Source of the DNA: Acholeplasmataceae bacterium
Lineage (GTDB): Bacteria > Bacillota_I > Bacilli_A > Acholeplasmatales > Acholeplasmataceae
Assembly (NCBI GenBank): GCA_050251655.1
Contig: JBFWMH010000009.1
Span: 1,530-65,529, forward strand
Reading direction: 5' to 3'
Length of the DNA: 64,000 nt
In this document: positions 30,572 to 40,144 of the stretch, in pieces
Position numbering within the stretch: the first letter of the stretch is position 1
Layout of the letters: every line of letters starts with the position of its first letter
Notes under the pieces: generated by a model
The model's input: only the letters and a program-made list of their open reading frames with translations
Database searches by the model: none
What the model was told of the DNA's origin: nothing
Program-made: the position numbers and the translations under genes

Positions 30572-31278
30572 TATATGTCTCCTTTAATATATGCATGAAA
30601 CATATCTGTATGTTCATGCTTGTCTTTATATAAGATGAGTGGTGGTTCTAACACCAATGAATCCTTACCATTTTTAATACATTGTATTAAAACATGATTT
30701 GCTTTTTTATCCAAATAAGGATGTACGAACTTTACTCTCTTTATAGCAAGTTGATGTTTTTTACATTCGAAGACGATTTCTGCAAATCGATCTGCACGAT
30801 GCACCATATAAAAATAACCACCAAACTTGAGTTGCTCACTTACTTTAGCAATGAGTTTTGATAAACTTAATGTCTGTTCATGTCTTGCTATTTGATCAGA
30901 TGTTTCTAAACTTAGTTGATCTTCATGTGCGGTCTTAAAAAATGGTGGATTGCATATAATACAATCAAGATTTTTAAATGTGGTATTTAAATAATCACCT
31001 AGAATCAATTGGCTTCGATGCTCTAAGTGATTAAGTTCTATATTATGTTTCGCCATTTGAAATCTTTCTTCTTGAATTTCAACACCAAAAAGATTTGCTT
31101 TTGTCATCTCACTAGCATATAACAATAAGGCACCATTACCTGTTCCAACATCGAGTAACGTGTTTAGTCTAGCTGGTAATTTCAAAAACTTGGCTAACAA
31201 AACTGTATCCAAATTAAATGAATGATTTCTTTCTTGGTCAATGTCTATGTTAGAACCTATCAGTTTTCTTCTGATCAA
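30571..31278 (-). CDS. tRNA1(Val) A37 N6-methyltransferase (YabB/TrmN6 family)
   Basis: DTVLLA, LDVGTGNG, GVEIQ, CNPPFF, ARHE, VHRADR. Confidence 0.85.
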   Translation of the reverse strand: MIRRKLIGSNIDIDQERNHSFNLDTVLLAKFLKLPARLNTLLDVGTGNGALLLYASEMTKANLFGVEIQEERFQMAKHNIELNHLEHRSQLILGDYLNTTFKNLDCIICNPPFFKTAHEDQLSLETSDQIARHEQTLSLSKLIAKVSEQLKFGGYFYMVHRADRFAEIVFECKKHQLAIKRVKFVHPYLDKKANHVLIQCIKNGKDSLVLEPPLILYKDKHEHTDMFHAYIKGDI

Positions 31279-32075
31279 TTTTTTACCCTTTTAATATCTT
31301 CATTACCAAACCATTGATCTGGCTCTTCATCTTGATAATGTACTTTTACTTTTTGGCTTAAAATATTGATATCAATAACTTTTGCTTTACCCTTAGGTGT
31401 GTCAACAAATTCATTAATATCTGGTAAGATTTCTTTTAATTCTGTATAAACATCATCTTCATAACGGATACAGCATAAAAGTTTGCCGCAAACACCTGAT
31501 ATCTTTTGCGGATTAAGCGCTAAATTTTGATTTTTAGCCATTTTAATTGATACTGTATCAAACTCTCCAATGAACGTTGTACAGCACAAAATAAGACCAC
31601 ATGGACCAATACCACCAATCATTTTAGCGGCGTCTCTTGGACCAATTTGTCTAAGTTCAATTCGTGTATGAAAAATCTTGTTTAAATCTTTGACAAGATT
31701 TCTAAAGTCAACTCTGTCTTCAGATTCAAAATAGATTAATAATCTTTTTCTATCTAATGTATATTCAGCGCCCAACACTTTCATTTCTAGTTGGTTTTCT
31801 TTAACAAGTTTCTTGGTTTCATCAACCACTTGACGTTCTAGTGAAATATTGTACGCTTCTGATTCTATGTCATCTAATGTAGCTACTCTTAAGATGGGTT
31901 TAAGTTCACTGACTAATTCAGTTTCTTCAATATCTTTAAGTGTATATACAGTTCCTATTTCAATGCCTCTTGATGTTTCTACAACCACTTGTTGGTTTTG
32001 AATCAAGTCAAGGTCTTTATATGAAAAATGGTATTTCTTTCCAGCTTCTTTAAATTTGATTAAAGCAACCTGCAT
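31275..32075 (-). CDS. ricT: PSP1-domain protein RicT/YaaT
   Basis: RVDFRNLVKDL, RIELRQIG, GPCGLILCC, KISGVCGKLLCCIRYE. Confidence 0.88.
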   Translation of the reverse strand: MQVALIKFKEAGKKYHFSYKDLDLIQNQQVVVETSRGIEIGTVYTLKDIEETELVSELKPILRVATLDDIESEAYNISLERQVVDETKKLVKENQLEMKVLGAEYTLDRKRLLIYFESEDRVDFRNLVKDLNKIFHTRIELRQIGPRDAAKMIGGIGPCGLILCCTTFIGEFDTVSIKMAKNQNLALNPQKISGVCGKLLCCIRYEDDVYTELKEILPDINEFVDTPKGKAKVIDINILSQKVKVHYQDEEPDQWFGNEDIKRVKN

Positions 32076-32079
32076 GTTG

Positions 32080-33030
32080 TCACCTCTTCTTTTCTAAGAT
32101 ATATGCGAGTTCATCTAGCGCAAGTTCTAGATTGATATAATAATTTTGTTTTTGATAAATCTCTTGCATTTCTTCAATTAAGTCTTGGATTTCAAAGACA
32201 TCCATTTGATCGCTTTGCTCTAAGATGTTTTCTCTTAAAAACTCAAAAGCGATACTTTGATTTGAACGATAATGTATCAAATCCATAAAATACAAAATTA
32301 AACATTCCATGAATTGTGTAAACAACATACGTTCTTGAAATAAAAATCGTCCATATTTTGAAAAATATATCGGATAAATCACATCTCTATTTTTCCAATT
32401 GTTGGAAATGGCGATGATAAATTCAATCATTTGATTCATATTAGGATCACTCGCTAATAAAATCGCATCATCTAAATCTTTTGTAATATAAGGTAAGATG
32501 GTTGCTTTTTCTTCTGAGACACCTTCTGACATCAATTGTTCTTTTAATTGAATTTCATCCATACTATTCAAATGAATAATTTGTGATCTCGATTTAATGG
32601 TTAAAATCACATCATCAAGATTTTCTGTTAATAAAAAACCAGTAACTTGATGACTTGATGGTTCTTCCATAAATTTAAGTAAAGAATTTGAAGCACTTTG
32701 ATTCATGCGTTCAACATTTTTAATGACATAAACTCTAGGTCCACTGACAAGTGCTGTTTTAGAAAACTCTGCTTGTAAATCTAAGATTTGTTCTTTTTTA
32801 ATATTTAATCCGCTAGGTTCAATGATCATTAAATTTGATAAAGTTTGTGCATGAATTTGATGTCTTAACAATGTGTTTTCTTCTAGGCTTGATTGCTCAT
32901 TAAAAATAAGATAGCAAATCTCTTCTACAAGTTTTGATTTTCCACTACCTTTTGGCCCACTAATGATATATAAATGTGCTAAGCGGTTTTTTTTAATCGC
33001 TTGTTCAAAAAAGGTTAGCGCTTGACTCAT
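32080..33030 (-). CDS. holB: DNA polymerase III delta' subunit
   Basis: AHLYIISGPKGSGK, IKKEQI, ASNSLLKFMEEP, TIKSRSQ; tmk-holB-ricT synteny. Confidence 0.88.
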   Translation of the reverse strand: MSQALTFFEQAIKKNRLAHLYIISGPKGSGKSKLVEEICYLIFNEQSSLEENTLLRHQIHAQTLSNLMIIEPSGLNIKKEQILDLQAEFSKTALVSGPRVYVIKNVERMNQSASNSLLKFMEEPSSHQVTGFLLTENLDDVILTIKSRSQIIHLNSMDEIQLKEQLMSEGVSEEKATILPYITKDLDDAILLASDPNMNQMIEFIIAISNNWKNRDVIYPIYFSKYGRFLFQERMLFTQFMECLILYFMDLIHYRSNQSIAFEFLRENILEQSDQMDVFEIQDLIEEMQEIYQKQNYYINLELALDELAYILEKKR

Positions 33031-33626
33031 AGTTTATCCTTAATGATTTTAATTATATCTTGATAAATTTCATCTAATGAGCGGTTCCCATCAATCAAAA
33101 TAACACGATTTGGATATTTTTTAACAATCTCAAAATATCCTTGTCTCACTTTATGGTGAAAGTCAATAGATTCTTGATCTAAACGATCAAACTTATCTCT
33201 ATGATGAATTCTTGATAATCCAACCTTTGGGTCTACATCAATATAAAATGTCAAATCAGGCATATGCAATGTCGCATAGTGATTAATATTTAATACAAAC
33301 TCAAAACCAAGATCTCTAGCATATGCTTGATATGCTAATGAACTATCTAAATATCTATCGCATAAAACAATTTTTTTAGCATCTAAAGCAGGAATGATCA
33401 CTTCATCTAAATGCTGTGCTCTGGATGCTGCATATAAAAGAGCTTCCGTATAAGGTGTAACACCCTCATATTTTGGATTTAAAACCACGTCTCTGATAGC
33501 TTCAGCAACCATTGAACCACCTGGTTCTCTAGTAGCAACAACATCATATGAAGACAAAGCTTTTTTAATGTGTTCTATAAGTGAAGTTTTTCCTGATCCT
33601 TCTCCACCTTCAAATGTAATAAACAT
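33027..33626 (-). CDS. tmk: Thymidylate kinase
   Basis: FEGGEGSGKT, TREPGG, CDRYLDSSLAYQ. Confidence 0.96.
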   Translation of the reverse strand: MFITFEGGEGSGKTSLIEHIKKALSSYDVVATREPGGSMVAEAIRDVVLNPKYEGVTPYTEALLYAASRAQHLDEVIIPALDAKKIVLCDRYLDSSLAYQAYARDLGFEFVLNINHYATLHMPDLTFYIDVDPKVGLSRIHHRDKFDRLDQESIDFHHKVRQGYFEIVKKYPNRVILIDGNRSLDEIYQDIIKIIKDKL

Positions 33627-33658
33627 AGTTTATACGCTCCTTTTATCATATTATACCA

Positions 33659-34372
33659 TTACTTATAATATACTCGTAATAGATAAAGTCCTCTGGCTTC
33701 TGCTGTTTTTCCAGCTAAAGCTCTATTTTGTGTTTCAAGTATTTCTTTGATGACATCTGGCTCTTTTTTATGTAATCCAATTTCAATTAATGTACCCATC
33801 ATGGATCTAACCATATATTTTAAGAAACTATTTGCATGGAATGTAAATATGTAATGATCTTTTGTTTCTTTAAAATCAATATCATACATATGTTTTATTG
33901 TAGGTTTACCTTTAACATATTGACAAAACCCTTTATAATCATGCGTACCTATAAAATATGGATAAGCTTCTAACATGGGTTTAATATCTAAGTTTCTTAT
34001 ATAGACTTCATAATTTTTCTTAAAAACTGAACTCTCTTTTTTTGCTAATACATATTTATATTTTTTGGATTTCACACTGTGTCTCGCATGAAAATCAGCT
34101 TTAACCTTTTTGACACTTTTTATTCTAATGTCTAAAGGTAGTCGATCATTAACTCTTAACCAATCAATATCTAAATCACTATCAAAATGAAATGGTTGAT
34201 TTATCGCGTGAACACCTTTATCAGTTCTTCCTGATGCATGAATTCTAATCTCTGTTTGTGTCATTAGTCTTAAAGATTTTTCAATGACATCTTGAATACC
34301 AACAGCATTTGATTGACTTTGAAATCCACTATAATTCGTTCCATCATAGCTTACAATCGCTAAATATCTCAT
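33659..34372 (-). CDS. truA: tRNA pseudouridine(38-40) synthase
   Basis: YDGTNYSGFQ, SGRTDKGVHA, FHARH, FLKYMVR. Confidence 0.95.
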   Translation of the reverse strand: MRYLAIVSYDGTNYSGFQSQSNAVGIQDVIEKSLRLMTQTEIRIHASGRTDKGVHAINQPFHFDSDLDIDWLRVNDRLPLDIRIKSVKKVKADFHARHSVKSKKYKYVLAKKESSVFKKNYEVYIRNLDIKPMLEAYPYFIGTHDYKGFCQYVKGKPTIKHMYDIDFKETKDHYIFTFHANSFLKYMVRSMMGTLIEIGLHKKEPDVIKEILETQNRALAGKTAEARGLYLLRVYYK

Positions 34373-35355
34373 ATAGTAACCTTAATGTAGATGATGAGTC
34401 CTAAAATCAACAAACTACACACAGCAGTGAAATAATCACTAAATCCCATTTTATATTGATCTATTTTCGTTCTTTTAGCACCAATCACATAACCTTTAAC
34501 TTCCATTGCATTTGCTAAATCTTCAGAACGATTGAACGAAATGACAAATACTGGAATTAAAAGAGAGATGATTTGCATAATTTTTTCTCTTAATGTTGAT
34601 TCATTAAAATCAACACCACGAGAAGCTTGTGCCTTCATAATCTTTTCAGTTTCAATAAGAAGTGTTGGAATATATCTGAGTGTAAGTGATAGTAGCATCG
34701 CAAATATATCTACTGGAACTTTGATTACTTTCAGCGGTTTTAATAACGCTTCAACTGCATAATTTAGATCTGTCGTCATGGTTGTAAACGTTAATAGTGA
34801 TGTTGTGATAATGATGGTTGTGATTCTTATAAATATAAATCCAGATCGTAATAAACCTTCATCATAGATTTCTAATTGATAGCTAGAAAGTTCAATGTAA
34901 GGTAATACTGCTTGAACATAAAAAGCCAAGAAAACTGCGAGAATAAAATAAAGTGTTCTAAATTTAATATATTTTTTAGTCATTTGATAAAAAACAATAA
35001 TGAAAATGATGGCTGCAATGCTTGCTACAGATATACTCATATCAATAGGTTGAGCTGTAATCATCGTGCCTTGTTTTACACTAAAGAGTTGAATGACAAA
35101 AGTAAACATCAACAAGACAATAATTGATCGAAGGCCTCTTAACATCTTTAAAACAGATATTTTCGCGCTCATTGTTAATATCAATGTACCAACAAATAAG
35201 AGTCCAATACCTATAAATGCTAACGTGTTGACTTTAAGTGGAACTAAAAAGATGGCTACCAAATAGATAATAACTGCAATCAATTTAATTCTTGGATCTA
35301 ATTTATGAAGCCAAGAATCGCCAGGAATATATTGACCAATCATCATTTGATTCAT
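34369..35355 (-). CDS. ecfT: ECF transporter transmembrane component
   Basis: LHKLDPRIK, LRYIPTL, AQASRG, AMEVKGY. Confidence 0.92.
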   Translation of the reverse strand: MNQMMIGQYIPGDSWLHKLDPRIKLIAVIIYLVAIFLVPLKVNTLAFIGIGLLFVGTLILTMSAKISVLKMLRGLRSIIVLLMFTFVIQLFSVKQGTMITAQPIDMSISVASIAAIIFIIVFYQMTKKYIKFRTLYFILAVFLAFYVQAVLPYIELSSYQLEIYDEGLLRSGFIFIRITTIIITTSLLTFTTMTTDLNYAVEALLKPLKVIKVPVDIFAMLLSLTLRYIPTLLIETEKIMKAQASRGVDFNESTLREKIMQIISLLIPVFVISFNRSEDLANAMEVKGYVIGAKRTKIDQYKMGFSDYFTAVCSLLILGLIIYIKVTI

Positions 35356-36197
35356 AGCTTCACCTCCTTAAGATATTGATATAAACTATCAAAATCATAA
35401 AAAGGTTTATACGGTATGTTAAGTGTTTTTTCTAGATGCTTCATAATCTTAAGCGGTGTTGGTAATTCTAAATGGAAAGACTCAAAGCGTTCATCTTTAA
35501 ATAAGTCTTCTTTTTTTCCATCAAATACGACATGTCCTTGATCTAAAACAATCACTCTTTTTGCATATTCACTCACGATATCCATATCGTGGGTTATCAA
35601 TATAATTGATTGGTTTTTCGATTGATGTAAATCAACAAAAATATCCATCAAATCAATTTTACCTCTAGGATCTAAACCTCTAGTAGGCTCATCAAGAACA
35701 AGCACTTTGGGTTCCATTGCTAAAATACCAGCAACAGCAACTCTTCTCATTTGTCCGCCACTGATTCTAAATGGTGACTGTTCAAACAATGTATCATCAA
35801 TACCTACTGTATGTGCTGCAGAGGTTGCTTTTAAACGTGCTTCTTCTTCAGATATCTTAAAGTTTTTAGGTCCAAACATAATATCTTTAATAATTGATTC
35901 TTCAAATAGTTGATATTCTGGAAACTGAAAAACAAGACCAACTTCTTTTCTTAAATGGTTAATCTTTTCTTTTTTCTTAGGAGGAAGTTTTTGGTCAAAG
36001 ACAACAACTTCTCCTGATGTAGGTAGTAAAAGTGCATTCATATGTTGAACAAGTGTTGATTTACCAGAACCTGTATGTCCCACAATTGCAACAAACTCAC
36101 CTTCACCTTCTATATTTAATTGAATATCTTCAAGTGCGATATAAGATGTCTTGATCCCTTTATACTTATAGCCTACTTGGTTGAATTGAATGCCCAT
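35352..36197 (-). CDS. ecfA2: ECF transporter ATPase A2
   Basis: GHTGSGKST, FQFPEYQLFE, ISGGQMRRVA, LDEPT. Confidence 0.93.
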   Translation of the reverse strand: MGIQFNQVGYKYKGIKTSYIALEDIQLNIEGEGEFVAIVGHTGSGKSTLVQHMNALLLPTSGEVVVFDQKLPPKKKEKINHLRKEVGLVFQFPEYQLFEESIIKDIMFGPKNFKISEEEARLKATSAAHTVGIDDTLFEQSPFRISGGQMRRVAVAGILAMEPKVLVLDEPTRGLDPRGKIDLMDIFVDLHQSKNQSIILITHDMDIVSEYAKRVIVLDQGHVVFDGKKEDLFKDERFESFHLELPTPLKIMKHLEKTLNIPYKPFYDFDSLYQYLKEVKL

Positions 36198-36976
36198 AGT
36201 GCCTCCGTAATTTTAGGATCAATCGCATCGTCTTTGGATGCTCTTGTATATAATTTAACTTCAAAAGGTAATTCTAAATGTGATGATTTAAGTTTTTCTT
36301 CTTCCTTAAAAACATCACTAGGTTTACCTTGTAAAATGATTTCTCCATCTTTTAAAACAATAAGTTCATTAGAATCAGCAGCAAACGATAAGTCATGTGT
36401 AATGGTAATGATTGTCTTATTCATGGTTTTATTTAGTTTTGTAATCAGTTCAATAATTTCTTGTGTGCCTTCAGGATCTAACATTGAAGTCGCTTCATCA
36501 AGTATCAAAATGTCTTGTTCCATAGCAAGCGCTCCAGCGATAGCTACTCTTTGTTTTTGTCCACCTGAGAGTTGATGTGGCTCTTTACTTAAAAAGTCTT
36601 CCATACCCACTAAACTTGCATAATGAAGAACACGCTCTTCCATCTCTTTTGGATCTAAACATTGATTTTCTAAACCAAAAGCGATGTCATGTCTGACTGT
36701 AACACCAACAAATTGGTTATCAGGATTTTGAAAAACAATACCTATTTTTTTTCGCAATTGATTAAGGTTTTCTTCATTTAATAAAAGCCCATCAATTAAA
36801 ATCTCTCCACTAGCTGGCTCAAGAAGTCCTACTAAACATTTTGATAATGTTGATTTTCCAGAACCATTATGACCTAAAATAGAGACCCAAGATCCCTTTT
36901 TAATATCTAAATTTATATTTTTAAGCGCTTCAGTTTTTCCATCATAAGAAAAACTTAAATTGCGTATATTAAGCAT
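36173..36976 (-). CDS. ecfA1: ECF transporter ATPase A1
   Basis: GHNGSGKST, FQNPDNQFVG, LSGGQKQRVA, LDEAT. Confidence 0.93.
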   Translation of the reverse strand: MLNIRNLSFSYDGKTEALKNINLDIKKGSWVSILGHNGSGKSTLSKCLVGLLEPASGEILIDGLLLNEENLNQLRKKIGIVFQNPDNQFVGVTVRHDIAFGLENQCLDPKEMEERVLHYASLVGMEDFLSKEPHQLSGGQKQRVAIAGALAMEQDILILDEATSMLDPEGTQEIIELITKLNKTMNKTIITITHDLSFAADSNELIVLKDGEIILQGKPSDVFKEEEKLKSSHLELPFEVKLYTRASKDDAIDPKITEALWAFNSTK

Positions 36977-37134
36977 GGTACTTCACCTACAATTCATCTA
37001 TAACATTATATCACGCTTCTACTTCATTATAAAGCATTTATCATCAATATAAAATGTATTGATTTTTGTAAAATACTTTGATTTTTTATAAATTTTATTT
37101 ATAATAGTCTTGTTACTGAAAGGAATTAATAATT

Positions 37135-37446
37135 ATGATTACACATTTAACTAAAGAAAATTTTGATCAAATTGTATTAAAAAGTGAAGTCCCAGTCTTA
37201 GTTGATTTTTGGGCAGCATGGTGTGGACCATGTAAAAGAATTGCACCTATCCTAGAAGAATTATCTGAAGAGATTGAAGGTCAAGCAATTATTGCAAAAC
37301 TTGAAGTGGATGATGAACCTGAAATTGCTGATGCATATGAAATCATGAGCATCCCAACAATCATCATTTTTAAAGATGGACAAATCGTTAAACAACTTAT
37401 TGGATTACATGCAAAAGACGCTTTGAAAGCACATTTAGGATTATGA
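37135..37446 (+). CDS. trxA: Thioredoxin
   Basis: [15 protein letters not shown]. Confidence 0.96.
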   Translation: MITHLTKENFDQIVLKSEVPVLVDFWAAWCGPCKRIAPILEELSEEIEGQAIIAKLEVDDEPEIADAYEIMSIPTIIIFKDGQIVKQLIGLHAKDALKAHLGL

Positions 37447-38306
37447 AAAAAGTCGTCATCATAGGCCATGGACCTGCAGGAATTTCTGCAGCCATCTATC
37501 TAAAAAGATCAGGCATAGACCCTATCGTTATTGGAAAAGACTATGGGTCTTTTACTTATGATGAAATTCACATCGAGAATTATTATGGCTTCACTGAACC
37601 AATATCCGGCAAAGATTTAGTCGATCAAGGTATCGGTCAAGCAAAAAGATTGGGTATTGAAATCATCAATGATTCTGTCCTTGATCTAAAGGTTAATCTA
37701 GATGATACTTTTGAAATTGTGACACTTAAACAGACTTTAAATGCTGAAGTAGTATTACTTGCTACAGGCAAACAAAGATTGACTCTTAACATCCCAGGCT
37801 TTAACAAGTTTAGAGGAAAAGGTATTAGTTTTTGTGCCACTTGCGATGGTTACTTCTATCGTAAGAAAAAACTTGCTTTAATTGGTTGCGGACCTTACAT
37901 GCAACAAGAGTTAAAAGAGTTAGAAAACCTCACATCAGATATAACTATTTTCACAGATGGAAAAGAGTTAGAACAACCGACAAACTATCCTGTTGTAACT
38001 GATAAAATCACTTCTTTTCTAGGTGAAACCAAGTTAACATCTATCCAAACAGAAAACAATAGTTATGACACAGAAGGTGTGTTTGTAGCAATTGGAACAC
38101 CTAGTTCCATTGATTTTGCTCAAAAATTAGGCGTTATTGTTGATAAAAATAGTTTAGTTGTCAATGAATCTTATCAAACAAATATCGATGGATTGTTTGC
38201 AGCTGGTGATGTTGTTGGTGGTAAACTACAAATTGCAAAAGCTGTTTATGATGGCATGATGGTTGCTGATTCTATTCACCACTATTTAAAAAATAAAAAA
38301 GGATGA
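37443..38306 (+). CDS. trxB: Thioredoxin reductase-like flavoprotein (NADPH-binding motifs absent)
   Basis: [27 protein letters not shown]; ATGA-coupled to trxA. Confidence 0.85.
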   Translation: MKKVVIIGHGPAGISAAIYLKRSGIDPIVIGKDYGSFTYDEIHIENYYGFTEPISGKDLVDQGIGQAKRLGIEIINDSVLDLKVNLDDTFEIVTLKQTLNAEVVLLATGKQRLTLNIPGFNKFRGKGISFCATCDGYFYRKKKLALIGCGPYMQQELKELENLTSDITIFTDGKELEQPTNYPVVTDKITSFLGETKLTSIQTENNSYDTEGVFVAIGTPSSIDFAQKLGVIVDKNSLVVNESYQTNIDGLFAAGDVVGGKLQIAKAVYDGMMVADSIHHYLKNKKG

Positions 38307-38321
38307 TTTCATCCTTTTTTT
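38295..38321. terminator. Bidirectional terminator trxB/pepF
   Basis: AAAAAAGGATG-ATTT-CATCCTTTTTTT. Confidence 0.8.
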
Positions 38322-38325
38322 GTTG

Positions 38326-40017
38326 TTATAATTTTGAGTCATCAATACCATCAAGATATGCTTTAATTGGTTCAATGACATCTTTAACAGTACCATCAAC
38401 AAATGGATTTTGTAATCCCGCTGCTCCAATGAGTTCAACGAAACTCTTTGATCCACCTAATTTACATAATTCGATATATTCTTGAACTGCATTTTTATGG
38501 TCTTCTTGACTCTTAACCCAAAATTGGAATGCACACACTTGAGCTAACGTATAGTCAATGTAATAGAATGGTGCACCAAAGATGTGACCTTGTCTATACC
38601 AAAATGTTCCTTTTTCCATAAATGCATCATCATCATAATCTTTAAATGGTAAATATTTCTTTTCAATATCTCTCCATAATGCTTTTCTTTCTTCTGGTGT
38701 CATATCTGGATTTTCATAAACACCATGTTGGAATTCATCAACACTGACACCATAAGGTAAGAATGAGATTGAAGAAGCTAAATGGTTAAATTTATATTTT
38801 TCAGTATCTTCTAAGAAGAATTGATTGACCCATGGCCATGCTAAGAATTCCATACTCATTGAGTGGATTTCAGCTGACTCCATTGTTGGCCAACGATAAT
38901 CAGGAATTTGATCTCTACTTGAGAACACTTGGAATGCATGCCCTGCTTCATGTGTTAATACATCCACATCGTGTGAAGTACCGTTGAAGTTAGCAAAAAT
39001 AAATGGTGAATCATATTTAGGGATATACGTACAATATCCTCCACCTTGTTTCCCTGGTTTAGAATCAAGGTCTAATAATTCTCTTTCAACCATGAAATCA
39101 ATAAATTTACCTGTTTGCTCGCTCATTTCATGATACATATTAACTGCGATATCAACCATCCAATCTCTATCACCTTTAGGTGTAGGATTACCAGATAAGA
39201 ATGATAATGCTAAGTCATATGATTTAGGAGATTCTATGCCTAAACGAACTGCTTTTCTTTGTGTAAGTTCATTGACTAAAGGTACGACTTCCTTATAGAT
39301 TTGATCGCGGTAACCTTTAACATCTTTACTGTTATAGTCTGTTCTACCAAAACGATCATAGCCTAATTGAACAAAGTTTTCATAACCTAATTTATGAGCA
39401 ATTTCTGTTCTCACTTTGACCATATCATCATAAATTCTATCTAGTTGAGCTTCGTTTTCTTCAAAGAATTTAGAAACCGCAAGTTGAGCTCTATGTCTAA
39501 CATCACGATCAGTTGATTGAACAAAAGGTGCCATTTGACTTAAATTATAAGTTCCACCATCAAATTCAATTTGAGCAGATGCGATAAGTTTAGAGTATTC
39601 AGTAGATAATTTGTTTTCTTTTTGAAGATCAGGAATAATTTCTGGTTTAAATGTTTTTCTTGCAAGTTCACCACTTCTAAAAATTAAAGTTCCATACTTT
39701 TCTTCAAGAGCTTTTCTGTTTTTAGAACTTAACAATTTGTCATTAAATTCATGACTATATTGTCCTAGAACAGGTCCATTTTCATCAAAAAATGCTTGTT
39801 CCTCTTCATAAAATTTATCTTTAGTGTCAACGCTATTACGAATAGAAACTAAAGTTCCCATTGTTCCAATTTCATCAAAAGCTTTAAATAAATTTTCAAT
39901 TGCTTGAACTTCTTCTTCTAATGAAACATCAGAGCCAATGACTTTAAGGTCTTTTTCTACAGTAGCTTTGAACGCTTCAAGATCAGGTCTTTGATATTGA
40001 TAATCTTTAAATTTCAT
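38326..40017 (-). CDS. pepF: M3 family oligoendopeptidase (PepF-like)
   Basis: LTHEAGHAFQ zinc motif, AEIHSMSME, PFYYIDY. Confidence 0.9.
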   Translation of the reverse strand: MKFKDYQYQRPDLEAFKATVEKDLKVIGSDVSLEEEVQAIENLFKAFDEIGTMGTLVSIRNSVDTKDKFYEEEQAFFDENGPVLGQYSHEFNDKLLSSKNRKALEEKYGTLIFRSGELARKTFKPEIIPDLQKENKLSTEYSKLIASAQIEFDGGTYNLSQMAPFVQSTDRDVRHRAQLAVSKFFEENEAQLDRIYDDMVKVRTEIAHKLGYENFVQLGYDRFGRTDYNSKDVKGYRDQIYKEVVPLVNELTQRKAVRLGIESPKSYDLALSFLSGNPTPKGDRDWMVDIAVNMYHEMSEQTGKFIDFMVERELLDLDSKPGKQGGGYCTYIPKYDSPFIFANFNGTSHDVDVLTHEAGHAFQVFSSRDQIPDYRWPTMESAEIHSMSMEFLAWPWVNQFFLEDTEKYKFNHLASSISFLPYGVSVDEFQHGVYENPDMTPEERKALWRDIEKKYLPFKDYDDDAFMEKGTFWYRQGHIFGAPFYYIDYTLAQVCAFQFWVKSQEDHKNAVQEYIELCKLGGSKSFVELIGAAGLQNPFVDGTVKDVIEPIKAYLDGIDDSKL

Positions 40018-40119
40018 ATTGCGCCTCTTTCTATATACTTATTATTTATAAGTATAACATATTAATGATAAATACATAAGTTATTTATGCTTCTTAACAC
40101 AATATCATATAAAACAAAG

Positions 40120-40144
40120 AAAAAAGGATGAAATCATCCTTTTT
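40120..40144 (-). terminator. Terminator of adhE
   Basis: Minus strand AAAAAGGATG-ATTT-CATCCTTTTTT. Confidence 0.8.
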
